From Nibricoccus sp. (GTDB taxonomy: Bacteria; Verrucomicrobiota; Verrucomicrobiia; Opitutales; Opitutaceae), in assembly GCA_047602425.1 (NCBI GenBank), contig JASGHG010000001.1, forward strand, positions 2,560,001-2,624,000: 64,000 nucleotides of DNA. The letters run 5' to 3'. This document shows, in pieces, positions 55,375 to 64,000 of this stretch (position 1 is its first letter; each line of letters begins with the position of its first letter). Under the pieces are notes generated by a model. That model worked only from the letters and a program-made list of their open reading frames with translations, had not been told where the DNA came from and searched no databases. The translations under genes and the position numbers were made by a program.

Positions 55375-56178
55375 ATGACTCTGATCGACACTCACACCCA
55401 CCTCGAACCGTTCATGCGCAAGGGCCAGTTGGACGGCGTGCTGGAACGCGCGCGCAATGCAGGGCTGGAAGCAATGATCGCGGTGGGCACGTCGCCGGAA
55501 GACTGGACGATTTACCGCGATCTCGCGAAGAAGCATTCGGGTTTCGTCCATTACAGCGTGGGTCTGCATCCCTGTTATGTGGATGAACGCTGGTCGAAGG
55601 CGGTGGCGCAGATCGAGAGTTTTTGGAGCGAAGGGGCGGCGGTTTTACCGGTGGCGCTTGGTGAGGTGGGGCTGGATCGTTTTCATTTGCCGAAAAAGGA
55701 CCTCGCAGCGGCAGATCGGATCTTTCGCTGGCAGCGCAGCGCCTTCGCGGCGCAATTGGAAATTTTCAAGCACCTTAAATGTCCGATGATCATTCATGCC
55801 CGCGATGCCTTCAAGGAGTGCGTCGAGATGATCGACGCCAGCGGTGTGGATTGGAGTCGCGTGGTTTTTCACTGCTTCGGCGACGACGCCCCGCAGGTGG
55901 AGGAATTGAAACGCCGGGGCGGATATGCGTCTTTCACGGGAATCCTAACCTATCCCAAGGCGGAAAACGTCCGCGCTGCGGCGAAGGCCCAGGGCTTGGA
56001 GCGGTTGATGGTGGAAACGGACGCGCCTTATCTCACGCCTGATCCGCACCGCGGAAAACAGAACGAGCCGGCCTTTGTGAAACACACGGCTGAATGTGCC
56101 GCGAAAATGTTTGGTGTGCCCTTCGAGGAAGTGGCTCGGGTGACGACGGCCAATGCGAAACGGTTCTTTTCGCTTTGA
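55375..56178 (+). CDS. tatD: TatD-family DNase
   Basis: DTHTH, GLHP, GEVGLD, HAR, FHCF and ETDAPYL. Confidence 0.93.
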   Translation: MTLIDTHTHLEPFMRKGQLDGVLERARNAGLEAMIAVGTSPEDWTIYRDLAKKHSGFVHYSVGLHPCYVDERWSKAVAQIESFWSEGAAVLPVALGEVGLDRFHLPKKDLAAADRIFRWQRSAFAAQLEIFKHLKCPMIIHARDAFKECVEMIDASGVDWSRVVFHCFGDDAPQVEELKRRGGYASFTGILTYPKAENVRAAAKAQGLERLMVETDAPYLTPDPHRGKQNEPAFVKHTAECAAKMFGVPFEEVARVTTANAKRFFSL

Positions 56179-56180
56179 GG

Positions 56181-57992
56181 TTATTTCTTACCGCGCGATT
56201 TTAACGGTCGGCCGATCAACCAAGCGATCGTGACTGAAGCAAGCATCCACGGTGCAGTCGCGCCGCCACCGCCTTTGGTTGGCGCGGGCGGCAGTGAGCC
56301 TGACGAACTGGAAGATGACGAGGAGCTGCTGCTCGAACTGGAGGACGACGAAGAGCTCGAACTGCTGGAGCTGGAGGACGAGGACGAACTCGACGAAGAA
56401 GAGCTGGAGGAACTGGCGAGCGTGGAGACGTTGATGGGCGCAGTCTTGGCGGAGACGTTGTTGGCGGCGTCATAGGCGTTGACGGAATACGTGTAGGAGG
56501 TGCCGGCGGTGAGATTGGTGTCGGAGTAAGTCGTTCCAGGAATGGTAGCGATCGCGGCGGTGCTATTGTTGCGATAGATGCCATAGCCCGTGACGCCGAC
56601 GTTGTCGGTCGAGGCCGTCCAACTGAGATTGATGCGGGAACTGGAGGCGGCTGTACCTGTGAGGTTGGTCGGCACGGTAGGCGGCGTGGTGTCGGTGGTG
56701 ACGTTGCCACGCAGCGGATGCGGATAGGTGTACGGCGTATAGTTGAGCATCCAGGCGCTGCCGTTCCATACGTAGAGCACGCCGTCGGAGCCGAGTGTAT
56801 TCAGATTCCAATTCCCCTGGTCGGTGACCCAGAAGGCGACGTTGGTCTTGGTTGGAGCGGTCGCGTTCATTTGCGCCGTCGTGCCAATGCCGACTCCGGC
56901 GGAACCATTGAACGAGGAAACTTCGTTGTAATAGTCGCGGTTGGCGTTGAGCACGCCGGTCATGTCGGTGCCATAGGAAAGCGAGGGAATCCAGTTGGAC
57001 GAGCCTTGCCGATTGCCCCAGAGGTACATCGGTTCGGAGGCGCCAATCTTCGGGTCTTTGCCTACGCCGATTTGATCGTCAATCGGGTAGTTGGCCGCGG
57101 TGAGCCCGCCGTTGACCACGTAATATTCGTTGAGGATCAGCCAGACGGCCGAGGTGTTGGAGGCGAAGTTGTTGAAGACGCGTCCGGTGCCGCCGCGCAG
57201 TTCCATCGCCGCCCAGTAACCGTCGCCGGTCCACGTGTTGTTGTAGATCTCCATGTGGCGGACGCCGCGGGGCGGAGTGTTCGAATATTTGCCGTGGCCA
57301 TCGACTTTCATCGCGCCGGTGATCGTGCAAAATCGGACAACACAACGGCTGTTGCTGTTGCAGTCGGTCACGTAGCCTGAGCCGCCGAAAGTGCAGTCTT
57401 CGATAAAAAAGTTACTGGCGCCGCCCATGGTGCTGTCGGTCTGCCAGGAATCGGAGGGGCCGCGGAGGAAAATGAGTTCGTTTTCGCCCGAACCACCTGT
57501 TATCGAGCAGTTGTCGACGAGCCCGTACGAGCCTGCATAAATGAAGTAGCCATTGATACTGGTTGTGCGGCCCTGGTACTTGATGTCGGTGATGCGAAAG
57601 CCGTTGGCTGAGGCGGAAAATGCCGTGCCGCTTCCAACGGACGTGGGCGTGCGAATGGTGAAACTTTTGAGCGTAGCCGCGGCGGAAATGGAAACAACGC
57701 CCGTGGTCCAGGAACCGGCGGTGGAAGAAATGTCGATGATGGTTTGATCCTGACCGGCACCGGCAAGAGTGATGGCTTTGTTGACGGAGAGGGAACTACC
57801 GTTTGCACCCCAAGTGGCAGTGCCGGCGGGGATGTTGACCGTTTCACCGACGACGGCGGTATTGATCGCGGCCTGAACATCGGCTTGCGAGGCTGAGGCG
57901 GCGGTGACGGCCGCATGGGCCGACGAGGAGGCGGAAATAACAAGTGCGCCAAGGACGCTGCGTCCTCCAAAAATCAGGGGTGCGATTTTCAT
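56181..57992 (-). CDS. Secreted beta-helix protein with Fn3 domain, 38-Ser linker and GlyGly-CTERM-like tail
   Basis: Signal peptide, VQAAIN...VNIPAGT helix cap, Fn3 ([11 protein letters not shown]...[13 protein letters not shown]), poly-Ser at 56301-56414, then GGGGA, hydrophobic helix and basic tail. Confidence 0.85.
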   Translation of the reverse strand: MKIAPLIFGGRSVLGALVISASSSAHAAVTAASASQADVQAAINTAVVGETVNIPAGTATWGANGSSLSVNKAITLAGAGQDQTIIDISSTAGSWTTGVVSISAAATLKSFTIRTPTSVGSGTAFSASANGFRITDIKYQGRTTSINGYFIYAGSYGLVDNCSITGGSGENELIFLRGPSDSWQTDSTMGGASNFFIEDCTFGGSGYVTDCNSNSRCVVRFCTITGAMKVDGHGKYSNTPPRGVRHMEIYNNTWTGDGYWAAMELRGGTGRVFNNFASNTSAVWLILNEYYVVNGGLTAANYPIDDQIGVGKDPKIGASEPMYLWGNRQGSSNWIPSLSYGTDMTGVLNANRDYYNEVSSFNGSAGVGIGTTAQMNATAPTKTNVAFWVTDQGNWNLNTLGSDGVLYVWNGSAWMLNYTPYTYPHPLRGNVTTDTTPPTVPTNLTGTAASSSRINLSWTASTDNVGVTGYGIYRNNSTAAIATIPGTTYSDTNLTAGTSYTYSVNAYDAANNVSAKTAPINVSTLASSSSSSSSSSSSSSSSSSSSSSSSSSSSSSSSSSSSSSGSLPPAPTKGGGGATAPWMLASVTIAWLIGRPLKSRGKK

Positions 57993-58154
57993 TGTGCCAA
58001 TGAGATTGATAGGGCCAGCGTCGGGATTGCGCTGTGCGTATCAAATCATTTTGGACGGAAGACGATGTTTCACAGCTTTTTAGGAGTATCTGACTTAGCT
58101 CAATCAACGCCTCGCAATCGAACTGCGATTCGTCCAATACATTGGGCCACTTAT

Positions 58155-59345
58155 ATGTTCACTCCCGGAATCATCGGAACTCCTAACACAGCCAATGCGA
58201 CGCGCGTTCTCATGCTCGGCTCGGGCGAACTTGGCAAGGAGGTCGTGATCGAGCTTCAGCGTCTTGGCTGTGAAGTGATCGCGTGCGATCGTTATCAAGG
58301 GGCGCCAGCAATGCAGGTGGCGCACCGCAGTCATGTTTTCCCGATGTTGGATGGTATCGCTTTGCGGCGGGTGATCGCGCGCGAGAAACCGGATCTGGTG
58401 GTGCCGGAAATCGAGGCGATCGCGACCGACGTGTTGGTGGAACTCGAGCAGGCCGGGCAACGTGTGGTGCCGACGGCGCGCGCGGCCAAGCTCACGATGA
58501 ATCGCGAGGGCATCCGCCGGCTCGCGGCGGAGGAATTGAAGCTGCCGACTTCGCCATATCGCTTCGTAGCGACCGAGGATGAGGCGCTGGCTGCTGGTTC
58601 GGCGTTGGGTTTTCCTTGCGTGTTGAAACCGCTCATGTCGTCGAGCGGACACGGCCAGAGTGTGGTAAAAACGCCTGCCGACATGGCGAAGGCCTGGAAG
58701 TACGCACAGGAAGGCGCGCGCGCCGGAGCCGGACGCTGCATCGTCGAGGGCTTTATCAAATTCGACTACGAGATCACGGTGCTGACGGTGTCGGCCTCGA
58801 ACGGCATCCAATGTTGCCCACCCGTCGGACATATCCAAATCGACGGCGATTATCGCGAGAGCTGGCAGCCTTGCCCGATGGCGGAAAAGGCCTGGGCGGA
58901 GGCGCAGCGCATTGCAAAAACCGTGGTGGGCGCGCTCGGCGGTTGGGGGATTTTTGGCGTCGAGTGTTTTGTGCGAGGCGAGGAAGTGATTTTTAGCGAA
59001 GTGAGTCCGCGGCCGCACGACACGGGGCTTGTGACAATCGGGAGCCAGCAGTGGTCGGAATTCGCGCTGCATGCGCGGGCGATCCTCGGGCTACCGGTGC
59101 CGCCGATCAAACTGCTGCGGCCAGCGTTCAGCGTGGCGCTGCTCGGACACGGCGACGGGACGCCAACGTTTTCAGGAGTGAGCGAGGCGCTCGCCGTGCC
59201 GGAAACGCATGTGCGTTTGTTCGGCAAACCGGAATGCCGCGGTCATCGCCGTCTGGCGGTCGTGGTGGCCTGTGGCGATTCGATCGAAGAGGCGCGCGAG
59301 CGGGCTCGCCAATCCGCCGCGGCGATCAAGATCACGCTGACGTGA
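58155..59345 (+). CDS. purT: Formate-dependent GAR transformylase
   Basis: [34 protein letters not shown] and SPRPHDTG. Confidence 0.96.
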   Translation: MFTPGIIGTPNTANATRVLMLGSGELGKEVVIELQRLGCEVIACDRYQGAPAMQVAHRSHVFPMLDGIALRRVIAREKPDLVVPEIEAIATDVLVELEQAGQRVVPTARAAKLTMNREGIRRLAAEELKLPTSPYRFVATEDEALAAGSALGFPCVLKPLMSSSGHGQSVVKTPADMAKAWKYAQEGARAGAGRCIVEGFIKFDYEITVLTVSASNGIQCCPPVGHIQIDGDYRESWQPCPMAEKAWAEAQRIAKTVVGALGGWGIFGVECFVRGEEVIFSEVSPRPHDTGLVTIGSQQWSEFALHARAILGLPVPPIKLLRPAFSVALLGHGDGTPTFSGVSEALAVPETHVRLFGKPECRGHRRLAVVVACGDSIEEARERARQSAAAIKITLT

Positions 59346-59348
59346 TTT

Positions 59349-62300
59349 CTATTCCGGCCATTTGGTACTGGTGGTTTTGATGGCGAAATAGCGCGAAAGC
59401 GTCCGGGTGAGCTCCTGTCGTTTGAGCGGTTTGGTCAGGTAGTCATCCATTCCCGCGGCAAGACAGAGTTCCGCGTCTCCCTGCATGGCGTGGGCGGTGA
59501 GAGCAATGATCGGTGTATGTTTGCCGCTGCCGGCTTCAAGCTGGCGAATCCGGATCGAGGCCTCGCGTCCGTCAAGTTCGGGCATTTGCACGTCCATGAG
59601 GATGAGGTCGTAATTAGTTCTTTTAAAGTGTTCGATGGCGGCAGTCCCGGTGGAGACGACATCGACGGCGTGGCCGCCAATTTCGAGCATTTTGCGCACA
59701 ACGAGCTGATTGACCGGCGTATCCTCGGCAAGCAGGACGCGGAGCGCGCGGATTTTGCCCGATTCCGGAACTGGCGGAGTGGAATGCTTTTTGCGGTTGT
59801 GGCTGACGGTCCGGAGAATGTCGAGGAGCTGACGACGGAAGACCGGTTTGCGCAGCTTGTGCTCGATGTTGAGCGCGGCACAGCGTTCGTGGTCGGCCGG
59901 ACGATCGGAAGCCAGCAGGAGGATGGCGGGGATTTTTGCGCAACCGGGGATCTTGCGGATCAGATCGATGGCATCGTAACCACTGGAGGTGCCGAGTTGT
60001 TCGTCAACGATCAGAAGAGCGAGTTCTGTTTTTGCAGCGACGATGCTGTTTCGTGCCTCGTCGGCGGTCGATGCCGTGAACGTGGAAACGTGTTGTTCAA
60101 GCAACAGTTTTTCCGTGGCCTTCCGGGCCAGGGGGTGGTCATCGAGAACGAGCACGGGGCCATTTAGGCGCAGGCTGATTGGTTCGGCTGGCGTCGCGGC
60201 TGAACCGACGGGGAGGGTGAGTTCAATATGAAACTGGCTGCCTTCTCCGGGCTGGCTTTCGGCGTAAATTTTGCCGCCCATGAGCGTGACCAGCTGGCGG
60301 CTGATTGTGAGACCGAGTCCGGTGCCGCCGTAACGGCGCGTCATCGAGGAATCGGCCTGGACAAAGGGTTGGAAGATCGCCTCGACGCGGTCCTTGGGTA
60401 TGCCAATGCCGGTATCGCTGACGCAGATATGGAGGGGGCAGCTGGTTGAGGTGATGACCCCGGCAGGCTTGATGGAAAGCGAAACCGAGCCTTTTTCAGT
60501 GAACTTGATGGCGTTCCCCAGCGTGTTAAAGAGCACCTGGCGCAGCCGGTCATTGTCGCCGACGAGCATCGCGGGAATCGAGGCATCGAAGTCGCAGAGA
60601 AGTTCAAGTTGCTTCTGGGCGGCGCGCAGGGCCAGGGGCTCGATGACGTGCTGGACGCAATCGGCGAGGGAGAACTCGACGAGATCGAGCGTGAGTTTTC
60701 CGGACTCAATTTTTGAAAAATCGAGGATGTCGTTGATGACGGTCATGAGGGCGTCGCCGGAAGCGAGGACTGTCTTGAGATAGGAGGATTGCTCCTTGTT
60801 GTTGGATAGGCTCAGCGCGAGTTCGGTCAGGCCGATCACACCATTCATCGGCGTGCGAATTTCGTGGCTCATGTTGGCGACGAATTCGCTCTTTGCCTTG
60901 CTGGCGGCGAGGGCGGCATCGCGTGCAGCCTTGAGATCCTTGGTGCGTTCATCGACCTCCAGCATGAGGAGACGCTGTTGTTTGCGGAGCAGGCGGGTGC
61001 GCCACCAGAAAAACAGGCCAAACGAACTCAGGATGGCCACGCCGGCCAGAAACCAAAACCACCATGTCTCATAAGCATGCGGGGCAATGACAATTTTACA
61101 GGTGGCACCTTGTTCGTTCCAGAGATTGTCTTCATTGCAGGCGATGACGCGAAACGTGTACGTCCCCGGCGGAAGGCCGCCATAATAGGCTTCGCGCTGG
61201 CGCTTGGCGTCGATCCAGTCGCGATCCATCCCATCGAGGCGGTATTTGAAAAAGACGCGGTTGGGATCGCCGAGGCTGAGCGCTGTGTAGCGGAAGACGA
61301 TTTCGCCGCGACCGGCGGGCACCTGAACGGTGGGCGCGGCGAGCATTTTGTGACGATCGGCCATGACGCTTTCGATGACGACATTGGGAACGACGTTGTT
61401 GATACGAATGCGTTCGGGTTTAATGACAGCGATGCCCTTCGTGGTGGAAACCCAGATGCCCTGGGCGCCAAGGTCGGCGAGAGCGGAAGGGCTGACGTTA
61501 TTGGGCGCCGGGCTCCGCATGCCGTCGGATTCGTTGTAGAAAATATAGTCAAAGGTCGAAGCCCTGCCTTCCCAGACGGCGATGAGATCCGAGACCTTGG
61601 CCCGCAAAATGCCATTGCGCATGCTCAACCAAGCTTCTCCATCGCGCACGATCAGGCCATAACCGAGCCGTCCAAGGGCTTCGGGAAGTTTCAGGCGTTG
61701 GATGCCGTTGCTGGTAAAACGCTGCAATTCGAAATCGTCGCGCAAAAGCCACATCGTGCCGTCAGTGTGCTCGTGGAAAACCACCGGATTTCGAGGGCCT
61801 CTGTCGGCTGGTTCGTCAAACCGCGTCCATTTCTCGTTTTCCAAAACGGCCGTGCCCCGATCCCAGGCGACCCAGAGCCTACCTTTGGAATCTCCCGCCA
61901 AGGCGCGGGGCATGGCCTCCTTTAGCGGGGCGTCGGCTTTTTGAGTGACGCCATTTTTTGTATGAAAAAGGCCGCCACGATTGAGAATGGAAACCCAGAG
62001 ATCGCCGGGACTGAGTTCGACGATGCCGCTGACGATGTTGTTGTAGGTCCGGTGCTGGTCGACCTTTCCGTCCTTATTGAGATGGTCGAGACCGTTGGCG
62101 TAATAACCGATCCAAAGACCACCGTCGCTGGCCTCGGAGAGGACCATGGGAGTATTATCAGCCAAGCCATCCTGCGTGGTGTAGACCTGCATGCCGGAAG
62201 GTTTGGCGTGGACGAGGCCGCCGCCGCCATTGGTGCCGACCCAAATCTCGCCGGAGCGCGTTTTGCAGATTGTGTTTATTGAGTTGATCGGCAAACCGTC

Positions 62301-63368
62301 GCGGGTGGTAAGGTTGGTGATCTTGGTATCGTGCAGGCGCATCACGCCGCTGTCCGTGCCGCACCAAAGGTTGCCCTCGATGTCCTCCTGGATGCAAAGA
62401 ATGTGGCTGAGAGCTTCGTTGCCGTTGATCGTGACGGCCTCGATTTTCCCATTGGTGTAGCGGAGGAGTCCGTTGGGCGTGCCGATCCAGAGATTTTCGT
62501 CGCGATCGACGAAGAGGCTGCGGACGACTTCGATCTTGAAACCATTGGCGCCGGGGAATCTTTGAAGCTGGTTGTCTTTTAGGTGATAGAGACCAGTTTT
62601 GCTCGCGAGCCACAAGCCGCCCTCGCGATCCTCCGCGATCGATCTGATTTCAGGGTTGTTCGGGATGCGCGTGGTGTTGTCGAAAATCTCGCGAGTGCCG
62701 TCCTTTTTGATGCGGACCAGGATGCTGCCCATGACGAGGAGGTCGCCATTGCGGGCGCGGTGGAGCGCTTGAAAATACCAGCCGAGATCGTTTTTTGCAC
62801 CGAGTTCGATTTTGGAAATACGACCGTCCTCCCACCGCAGCACGCTGCTTGTATTGGCGATGTACATACCGTTGCCGTCGACAAGCAGACCGGTGATTTC
62901 CGCGTTATCGATTTCGGCGCCGAGGGAAGGTTTGCTCCAGATTCCGTCGTGATACCACAGCACGCCCTTGCGCGTTCCGACCCAAAGCCGGTGGTGCATG
63001 TCTTCCGCAAGAAAGGAAACTTCGTCAAGGGGAAGCCCGCCAGTGTCCTTCGTGGAGAAATTCGTGAAGGTGACGCTGTCGAAACGACTGAGGCCAGCGC
63101 GTGTGCCGAACCACAGGTAGCCATCGCTCGATTGAAAAACACTGCGAACCGCGGAGTAGGGGAGACCATCCGTCATGTTCCAATCTGCGTAGTGATACTG
63201 AGTGGGCGCGCAGGCTGGATCCAACGCGCGCAGCGGCGCGGTCAGCGCGCAAACGAGCATCACCGCCAAGCCAAGGGCATGGCGTGCCTTGAAATTGCAG
63301 GTGTAAGACACGGTTAAACTATCGGCACGATGTTCTTGAGCTTGATCGTGTCCGGCAAGGACTAGCAC
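59349..63368 (-). CDS. Hybrid sensor kinase (beta-propeller sensor, YYY, HisKA, HATPase, two REC domains)
   Basis: Repeated GxLWxGT units, [35 protein letters not shown] and MDVQMP. Start uncertain. Confidence 0.92.
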   Translation of the reverse strand: MLVLAGHDQAQEHRADSLTVSYTCNFKARHALGLAVMLVCALTAPLRALDPACAPTQYHYADWNMTDGLPYSAVRSVFQSSDGYLWFGTRAGLSRFDSVTFTNFSTKDTGGLPLDEVSFLAEDMHHRLWVGTRKGVLWYHDGIWSKPSLGAEIDNAEITGLLVDGNGMYIANTSSVLRWEDGRISKIELGAKNDLGWYFQALHRARNGDLLVMGSILVRIKKDGTREIFDNTTRIPNNPEIRSIAEDREGGLWLASKTGLYHLKDNQLQRFPGANGFKIEVVRSLFVDRDENLWIGTPNGLLRYTNGKIEAVTINGNEALSHILCIQEDIEGNLWCGTDSGVMRLHDTKITNLTTRDGLPINSINTICKTRSGEIWVGTNGGGGLVHAKPSGMQVYTTQDGLADNTPMVLSEASDGGLWIGYYANGLDHLNKDGKVDQHRTYNNIVSGIVELSPGDLWVSILNRGGLFHTKNGVTQKADAPLKEAMPRALAGDSKGRLWVAWDRGTAVLENEKWTRFDEPADRGPRNPVVFHEHTDGTMWLLRDDFELQRFTSNGIQRLKLPEALGRLGYGLIVRDGEAWLSMRNGILRAKVSDLIAVWEGRASTFDYIFYNESDGMRSPAPNNVSPSALADLGAQGIWVSTTKGIAVIKPERIRINNVVPNVVIESVMADRHKMLAAPTVQVPAGRGEIVFRYTALSLGDPNRVFFKYRLDGMDRDWIDAKRQREAYYGGLPPGTYTFRVIACNEDNLWNEQGATCKIVIAPHAYETWWFWFLAGVAILSSFGLFFWWRTRLLRKQQRLLMLEVDERTKDLKAARDAALAASKAKSEFVANMSHEIRTPMNGVIGLTELALSLSNNKEQSSYLKTVLASGDALMTVINDILDFSKIESGKLTLDLVEFSLADCVQHVIEPLALRAAQKQLELLCDFDASIPAMLVGDNDRLRQVLFNTLGNAIKFTEKGSVSLSIKPAGVITSTSCPLHICVSDTGIGIPKDRVEAIFQPFVQADSSMTRRYGGTGLGLTISRQLVTLMGGKIYAESQPGEGSQFHIELTLPVGSAATPAEPISLRLNGPVLVLDDHPLARKATEKLLLEQHVSTFTASTADEARNSIVAAKTELALLIVDEQLGTSSGYDAIDLIRKIPGCAKIPAILLLASDRPADHERCAALNIEHKLRKPVFRRQLLDILRTVSHNRKKHSTPPVPESGKIRALRVLLAEDTPVNQLVVRKMLEIGGHAVDVVSTGTAAIEHFKRTNYDLILMDVQMPELDGREASIRIRQLEAGSGKHTPIIALTAHAMQGDAELCLAAGMDDYLTKPLKRQELTRTLSRYFAIKTTSTKWPE

Positions 63369-63484
63369 GAACGCTAAATTGCGTGGAGACTGTCAGAATA
63401 CGAGCGACGTTGACGATTTTCGGGACGCGCAGAAAGTTGTGCGGCATCGTGTCCGCCGCGCCGCAACCCCGTTCTCCGCTTCTT

Positions 63485-64000
63485 ATGCGAAAAATCCGTT
63501 CCTATCTTATTGTTCTATTGCTGATTGCCGCGCTTTCGCCATCGCAAGCTGCATACACACCAGTTTCACGTCCGACGGTGGTGCCGATTCCGCCAATTAC
63601 GACAGGCCAGCCGGAGCGACCCGGAGTGAATGCGCTTCCGCTTCGCAAGGAAATGCCCGACCCGCTGGCGTCGACCGACGGACGCCGCATCACGACCGCG
63701 GCGGACTGGGAAAAACATCGGGCTGAGATCAAGGCGCTGCTGATGTACTATTCCACCGGGTTCATTCCGCCTGCGCCGGGCAATGTGGCCGGCCGCGTCC
63801 TCGCCGACGAAAAATTGCTCGATGGCAGCGTGCGTTACCGGCTCGTGCGACTGACGTTTGGACCGAATCAATCGCTAGGTCTAGACTTTGCGCTCTTCAC
63901 GCCGACGGACAAGCCCGGGCCCTTTCCGACCGTGATTTTCCCGACTTTTACGCCGACTCCGGGCGGCGAACCGCTGCCGCTGCTGCCGCGTCATCCGCTG
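63485..64000 (+). CDS. Secreted esterase-like protein (CE15-like N-terminus), truncated by the window end
   Basis: My translation: signal peptide, then MPDPLASTDGRRITTAADWEKHRAEIKALLMYYSTGFIPPAP; open to 64000. Confidence 0.65.
   Translation, partial: MRKIRSYLIVLLLIAALSPSQAAYTPVSRPTVVPIPPITTGQPERPGVNALPLRKEMPDPLASTDGRRITTAADWEKHRAEIKALLMYYSTGFIPPAPGNVAGRVLADEKLLDGSVRYRLVRLTFGPNQSLGLDFALFTPTDKPGPFPTVIFPTFTPTPGGEPLPLLPRHPL

Overview
GC-rich bacterial window, most consistent with an Opitutaceae-like (Verrucomicrobiota) genome; this is inferred from the style of the TonB-dependent receptor, duplicated-type ABC permease and flagellar proteins, and was not checked against a database. Positions 1-21,000 form an accessory region downstream of tRNA-Glu. 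It holds a small helical protein gene facing a ~440-bp apparently non-coding array with strict 21-nt phasing, and a type I R-M locus (fused HsdM-HsdS plus HsdR) with an ABC-ATPase/TOPRIM-like pair and a lone DarG-type macrodomain between the subunits. It also holds a papain-like/hydrolase operon, a GH144-like glucanase, an ECF sigma/anti-sigma pair and an ABC permease whose 3' end is duplicated. Positions 21,000-64,000 are mostly core: purC, cheR-cheB-(degenerate kinase)-(degenerate HD-GYP)-cheD, a sigma54-type flagellar operon flgB to fliR, a TonB-dependent receptor, 2-oxoacid:ferredoxin oxidoreductase, M32 peptidase, TatD, a poly-Ser beta-helix surface protein, purT and a hybrid sensor kinase. 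Top candidates for new biology: (1) the 21-nt phased array with its divergent small gene, directly upstream of the R-M operon; (2) a T7 slippery run at the HsdM/HsdS junction whose -1 frame stops after one codon, which could give both free M and fused M-S from one gene; (3) heptamer-repeat hairpins in operon gaps; (4) a sigma54 promoter and enhancer hidden inside fliK. Start codons were chosen by eye and family names come from motif recognition, not searches.
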